Origin: Maritimibacter sp.
Lineage (GTDB): Bacteria > Pseudomonadota > Alphaproteobacteria > Rhodobacterales > Rhodobacteraceae
DNA: 64,000 nt
Direction: 5' to 3'
Assembly: GCA_011389895.1 (NCBI GenBank)
Contig: JAABTN010000013.1
Span: 2,895 to 66,894 of the forward strand
A program made the position numbers and the translations under genes. Within the stretch, counting starts at the first letter, position 1. Every line of letters starts with the position of its first letter. The notes under the pieces are model-generated. The model was given only the letters and a program-made list of their open reading frames with translations. It was not told the DNA's origin and searched no databases. Positions 59,569 through 64,000 of the stretch are shown one piece after another.

Positions 59569-61286
59569 GTGCGGGGCACCGGCTTGAGCGTGCCGTCTTC
59601 GATGGCGCGCGACGCCTGTATGCGCAGGGCGAATTTCTGGACCTTGCCGTTGGCGGTCATGGGCAAGGTTTCGATCCCGACGATGTATTTCGGCATCTTG
59701 TGGCGGGCCATGTTCGCGCGGCAGAACGCCTGAAGTGTCGCTGGGTCGATGTCGTCCCCCGGCATCGGCACGACATAGGCGCAGATTTCTTCTCCGAGAT
59801 CGGGGTCGGGCACCCCCACGACCTGCGCTTCGCTGACGGTGATATGGTCGAGCAGACAATCCTCGATCTCGACCGGGTAGACGTTTTCGCCCCCGCGAAT
59901 GATCATGTCTTTCAGACGCCCGACGATCTTGAGATGTCCGGTCTGCGCCAGTTCGGCAAGGTCGCCGGAATGCAGCCAACCGTCGGCATCGATCGTCTCG
60001 GCGGTCTTTTCGGGCATGTCGAAATAGCCGGTCATCGTGTTGTAGCCGCGGATGCACAGCTCGCCGCTTTCCCCCCAGCCGCAGGTTGCGCCGGTTTCCG
60101 GATCGACAATCCGAATCTCGGTATGGGGCAGGGGCGTTCCCGCGGTGGTGAGTTGGTCCTCGAAACTGTCGGTGGGGGTGGTCAGCGTGATGACCGGGCT
60201 GCACTCGGTCATGCCCATGAGCACGAGCGGGTCACCGCCGGTCTTGTCCTTCATCGCGCGCAGAAGGCTTGGCGGGATGGTCGTGCCGCCGGTGAAGGTC
60301 TTGCGCAAGGTGCGCGTGTTGAAGCTGGCCCAATCGGGATGCTCCATCATGCGGGTCATCATGGTGGGCACCGCGTTCAGGATCGTGGGCGCGTGGGCAT
60401 CCCAAAGCTCCAGCATGCGACGCGGTTCGAAGCTGTCCATCGTCACGAGATGGCCGCCCGAGACGAGCATCGTCATCACGTTGCAGACGCAGCCCGCCGT
60501 GTGGAAGAGCGGCATGGCAGACAGCAGCGTATCGTCCGGGCCGAACCCGCCGCGATCCGCTGTCAGCCGCGCGTTGTTCACTGTCGAGCGGTGGGTCAGC
60601 ATTGCGCCCTTGGGCTTGCCGGTGGTGCCCGAGGTATACTGGATCTGCGTGACGCTATCGCTTTCAACCGATGCCTGACGCCTGGCCAATGCCTGCGCCG
60701 GCGTGTCCTTTGCAAGCGTGCGGAGGTGTGCAAACGGCATTGCGAAGTCGGGCGCGTCGCCGACGGCGATCAGGGCCTGAAGGTCCGGGAGCGTCGCGCC
60801 GCCTGCGCGCCGTCCGCCGGTGGTGTCGGCCAGGTCGGGCATGAGTGCGGTCAAGTGTGCTGCAATGTTGTTCGCGCGGGCCATCGGCGAGAACACCAGG
60901 GCTTTCGCGCGGCTCTGGGCGAGAAGATACGCCAATTCGCCCTGCAGAAGCGCGGGGTTCACCGTGACCAGCACTGCCCCCGCCTTGGCCAGCGCGTATT
61001 CGAGCAGGATCCACTCGGCGCCATTCTGGGCCATGACCGCGACATGGTCACCGCGCTCGATCCCAAGCGAGATGAAACCTCGCGCGATCACGTCCGCGTC
61101 GGCCTTCAATTTGCCATAGGTCCATGTGGTGGTGCCCGCCCCCGCCTGTTCATCGACCGTCACGGCGGGGCGGTCTCCATGGGTCCGGGCCTGCTGGTCC
61201 AGCATGCCGCCCAAGGTCACATCGAGAATGGCCGGACCCGATGCATCAGGCCGCCACCATGCGATGTTTTCCGTATCTGTCGTCAT
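59565..61286 (-). CDS. Acyl-CoA synthetase (AMP-binding)
   Basis: YTSGTTGKPKG, GMTECSP, GWLHSGDL, IIRGGENVYPVEIE, GKVQK. Confidence 0.95.
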   Translation of the reverse strand: MTTDTENIAWWRPDASGPAILDVTLGGMLDQQARTHGDRPAVTVDEQAGAGTTTWTYGKLKADADVIARGFISLGIERGDHVAVMAQNGAEWILLEYALAKAGAVLVTVNPALLQGELAYLLAQSRAKALVFSPMARANNIAAHLTALMPDLADTTGGRRAGGATLPDLQALIAVGDAPDFAMPFAHLRTLAKDTPAQALARRQASVESDSVTQIQYTSGTTGKPKGAMLTHRSTVNNARLTADRGGFGPDDTLLSAMPLFHTAGCVCNVMTMLVSGGHLVTMDSFEPRRMLELWDAHAPTILNAVPTMMTRMMEHPDWASFNTRTLRKTFTGGTTIPPSLLRAMKDKTGGDPLVLMGMTECSPVITLTTPTDSFEDQLTTAGTPLPHTEIRIVDPETGATCGWGESGELCIRGYNTMTGYFDMPEKTAETIDADGWLHSGDLAELAQTGHLKIVGRLKDMIIRGGENVYPVEIEDCLLDHITVSEAQVVGVPDPDLGEEICAYVVPMPGDDIDPATLQAFCRANMARHKMPKYIVGIETLPMTANGKVQKFALRIQASRAIEDGTLKPVPRT

Positions 61287-61351
61287 GTGCCTAACTCCTC
61301 CACGCCAATTTCATGCTGCCTCGATCCCCGACGACAATGCTGGACATGATT

Positions 61352-61388
61352 TTGATTTGTTGCTACCAAATAGTTTGATAACAATCAA
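61352..61388. promoter_or_regulatory. AT-rich imperfect inverted repeat, candidate MarR operator
   Basis: ttgatttgttgc...gataacaatcaa between the divergent ligase and marR genes. Confidence 0.4.
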
Positions 61389-61419
61389 TCTGTGATCAAC
61401 CAATCCATGATCAACCGGA

Positions 61420-61941
61420 GTGCCGGATATGACGCAAACAGGTGATCTATCGAAGACGTCGCAGGGGGCGCAGGGAACGCAGGATGCTGCGCTGAGCGAT
61501 CTCTTGCCGCTCGGGGCCGATCTTGAAAACTCGTTGAACTTCCGCATTCGCATGGCTCAGATCCTGTCGTTTCGTCATTTCGAGAAGCAGCATCCAGGAT
61601 ACGGCGGTGCGTCGCGCTTTCTGGGTCTGTTGTCGATCATCCGGGCGAACCCCGGCAGCCCGCAAAACCGGCTTGCCGAGGCCGTGGGTCTCCAACGATC
61701 CAGCCTGGTGCCGATCCTCGACCGCATGGAGGACGAGGGCATCGTGGAGCGTCGAAGCGTCGAAGGTGATCGTCGTTCCAAGGCCGTGTTCCTGACGGAA
61801 AAAGGCGAGGACGTCGTGTCCGAACTGAGCGAGTCGGCGCTGGAGGTGGAGAAATACATCAGCGCGGGTCTGACGGAAGAACAGCGCTCTGCGCTGCTCC
61901 AGGCGCTTGACCAGGTCATCTATAACCTGCGGAGGCTTTGA
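61420..61941 (+). CDS. MarR-family regulator
   Basis: LAEAVGLQRSSLVPILDRMEDEGIVER...DRRSKAVFLTEKG. Confidence 0.93.
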   Translation: MPDMTQTGDLSKTSQGAQGTQDAALSDLLPLGADLENSLNFRIRMAQILSFRHFEKQHPGYGGASRFLGLLSIIRANPGSPQNRLAEAVGLQRSSLVPILDRMEDEGIVERRSVEGDRRSKAVFLTEKGEDVVSELSESALEVEKYISAGLTEEQRSALLQALDQVIYNLRRL

Positions 61942-62033
61942 CTTCGCAGATACGAAGAAGGTCGCGCGAAGGAGGTGCGACCGCACACATGGACGGACCG
62001 ACTGTGTTGGCCGTCGTTTTAGGGAGGAACAAG

Positions 62034-63062
62034 ATGAAAAACCTACTTCTTACCGCCGTTGCGGCGACCGCAATCAGCGCACCGCTGACCGCGTCCGCGC
62101 AGGACGTGACACTCGCCTTGTCACATTGGGTGCCGCCGGTGCATGCGCTTCAGCCCACCGGCTTCGAGCCATGGGCGGAGTCGATCAACGAGGCGTCAGA
62201 CGGGCGTATCCAGATTGACATATTCCCGGCGCAGCAGCTTGGCGCGGCGCCTGACCACTACGACATGGCCCGCGACGGCATCGTGGACATTGGCTTCGTC
62301 AACCCGGGCTATCAAGCCGGGCGTTTCCCGATCATCGCCGCCGCCGAGCTTCCGTTCCTCGTCTCGAACGCCACCACGGCGTCGAAGGCGCTGCACGAAT
62401 GGTATATGCAGTATGCCGAGCAGGAGATGGGGGATGTTCACGTCTGCCTCGTACACCTGCACGATCCGGGCACCTTCCACGCCACGGAAGGCCCGATCGC
62501 GGGCCCCGAGGATCTGGCGGGTAAGAACGTCCGCCCGCCGCAGGGCACCATCGCCAAGATGATCTCGGAAGCAGGCGGGAGCCCGGTTCAGGTGCCGGTC
62601 CCGGAAATGCGCGAAATCTTGTCGTCGGGCGGCGCCGACATGACCGTGGGTCCGTGGAATTCGATCATCCTCTTCGGGGTGGACGATGTGGTGACCCATC
62701 ACCTCGATCTGCCGCTCTACTCGGTGGCATTCGTCTACGCCGTGAACAAGGGCGTCTACGAGGGCCTTTCGGACGAGAACCGCGCGGTGATCGACGATCA
62801 CTGCACACCGGAATGGTCGCAGCAGATCGCGACCGGCTGGGCCGAAGTGGAATCGGGAAGCTACCCGGACTTCGCCTCCCGCGAGAACCACACGCTTTAT
62901 ACGCCCAACGACGAGCAGATGGCCGCGTGGAACGAGCTTTCCGACAGCAGCCGCGCGAACTGGTTCGAGGAAGCGGCAGAAGCGGGTCTTGAAGATCCGG
63001 AAGCTGCCCTCGCCGATCTCGAAGAGCGTCTGCAAGAAGCTGGTGGCGCCTTCGGCCAGTAG
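62034..63062 (+). CDS. dctP: TRAP substrate-binding protein DctP, TarP-like
   Basis: Signal peptide; DHYDMARDG, NPGYQAGRFP, HDPG, VRPPQGTI, IDDHCTPEW. Confidence 0.92.
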   Translation: MKNLLLTAVAATAISAPLTASAQDVTLALSHWVPPVHALQPTGFEPWAESINEASDGRIQIDIFPAQQLGAAPDHYDMARDGIVDIGFVNPGYQAGRFPIIAAAELPFLVSNATTASKALHEWYMQYAEQEMGDVHVCLVHLHDPGTFHATEGPIAGPEDLAGKNVRPPQGTIAKMISEAGGSPVQVPVPEMREILSSGGADMTVGPWNSIILFGVDDVVTHHLDLPLYSVAFVYAVNKGVYEGLSDENRAVIDDHCTPEWSQQIATGWAEVESGSYPDFASRENHTLYTPNDEQMAAWNELSDSSRANWFEEAAEAGLEDPEAALADLEERLQEAGGAFGQ

Positions 63063-63076
63063 GCCAAACCACCACG

Positions 63077-63108
63077 GGCCGGAGCATTCCTGAGGGGTGT
63101 TCCGGCCT
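63077..63108 (+). terminator. Intercistronic stem-loop after dctP
   Basis: ggccggagca...tgttccggcc stem followed by ttt. Confidence 0.55.
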
Positions 63109-63140
63109 TTCCCGTCCATGCCAACGATCGGAGGTCGCCC

Positions 63141-63665
63141 GTGCGCGCGATCAATACCATCTGCCGGGTGATCGAAGTCGTCGCCGGCCTTCTTCTGGGC
63201 GGCGTCATGCTTCTGGTGGTCGCCTCGACGTTTGGCCGCTATGTGTTCGCTGAACCCATTCCCGACAGCTTCGACATCGCCCGCCTGCTGATCGGGGCTT
63301 GCCTGTTCTGGGGGTTTGCGGTGGTCGGGTTGCGTGGCGGGCATATCCAGGTGGACCTTCTGGCCGACTTTGCCACGCCGGGCATCCGGCGTGCCATCGA
63401 CACCTTTGCCTGGATCTTGCTCTTCGTCTTCATTTGCCTGCTGGTCTGGAAGGTCTGGGATGGCACGCTCAACGCGATGACCACAAATCAGAAGACCTAT
63501 GATCTGCGCCTGCCGATCTGGCCTTTCTACGGCCTGATCTGGCTGGGACTTGCAGCCAGTTTCTTCACTGTCGGTGTGAAAGTATGGCTGCTTGCCACGG
63601 GGCGGGACAAGCTCACCTCTGCCGAGGCGCAGGAAATCGAGGATGTCACCCATGACACTCGCTGA
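63141..63665 (+). CDS. dctQ: TRAP small permease DctQ
   Basis: Four TM helices, GGHIQVDLL. Confidence 0.9.
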   Translation: MRAINTICRVIEVVAGLLLGGVMLLVVASTFGRYVFAEPIPDSFDIARLLIGACLFWGFAVVGLRGGHIQVDLLADFATPGIRRAIDTFAWILLFVFICLLVWKVWDGTLNAMTTNQKTYDLRLPIWPFYGLIWLGLAASFFTVGVKVWLLATGRDKLTSAEAQEIEDVTHDTR

Positions 63666-64000
63666 TTACACTGCCATCGGCGGCTTTGTCGCGCTGTTCG
63701 CGATGCTGCTTCTGCGTGTTCCGATCGGGGTTGCGCTGGGGCTCGTCGGTGTTGGCGGTTTTGCGATGATCCGGGGCATCGACCCGGCGTTGAACCTGCT
63801 CGCCTCCGCCCCGATCCGAACCGTCACGGATTTCAACCTGACGCTTGTGCCATTCTTTATTCTGATGGGGATTTTCGCTACGAATTCCGGCATGAGCCGG
63901 GAAATGTTCCGGGCCGCCAACGCGTGGCTCGGGCGGTTCAGAGGCGGGCTCGCGCTTTCGACCGTCGCGGCGTGCGGCGGGTTTTCGGCGATCTGCGGAA
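63652..64000 (+). CDS. dctM: TRAP large permease DctM (truncated by window end; absent from the ORF track)
   Basis: Manual translation MTLADYTAIGGFVALFAMLLLRVPIGVALG...LVPFFILMG...WLGRFRGGLA..TVAACGGFSAICG. Confidence 0.92.
   Translation, partial: MTLADYTAIGGFVALFAMLLLRVPIGVALGLVGVGGFAMIRGIDPALNLLASAPIRTVTDFNLTLVPFFILMGIFATNSGMSREMFRAANAWLGRFRGGLALSTVAACGGFSAICG

Overview
GC-rich chromosomal segment of a Rhodobacterales alphaproteobacterium, probably marine or Roseobacter-group (inferred from gene content and many acidic periplasmic proteins). From 1 to ~36 kb it is mostly core genes: hemF (partial), an atypical SDR, an RsmC-like methyltransferase, clpS, a HAD hydrolase, a D,D-carboxypeptidase/SPOR protein, yejABEF, cytochrome cY, pheA, nudC, SRP RNA, hemE/hemC, an FAD oxidase, hemN-fnrL, usp, ccoNOQP-ccoGHIS (four FNR boxes across hemN to ccoG) and ureDABCEFG. 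From ~36 to 64 kb it is accessory: (i) a sugar-type ABC transporter, a hydantoinase-A-like gene, a DUF917-like gene and a MalT-like LuxR regulator; (ii) a LacI-regulated smoEFGK-smoS-mtlK polyol operon; (iii) an Asp-box beta-propeller; (iv) a lower-GC four-gene signalling module (NarL-type regulator, Cys-less molybdopterin-oxidoreductase-fold exported protein, PAS hybrid kinase with HPt, atypical receiver) with a shared upstream motif; (v) a MarR, acyl-CoA ligase, enoyl-CoA hydratase and TarP-like TRAP cluster. No integrase, transposase, tRNA, rRNA or CRISPR array was seen. The best candidates for undescribed systems are (i), (iv) and a repeat-containing hairpin array after ccoP. All family calls come from motifs read by eye and remembered family knowledge; no database searches were run.
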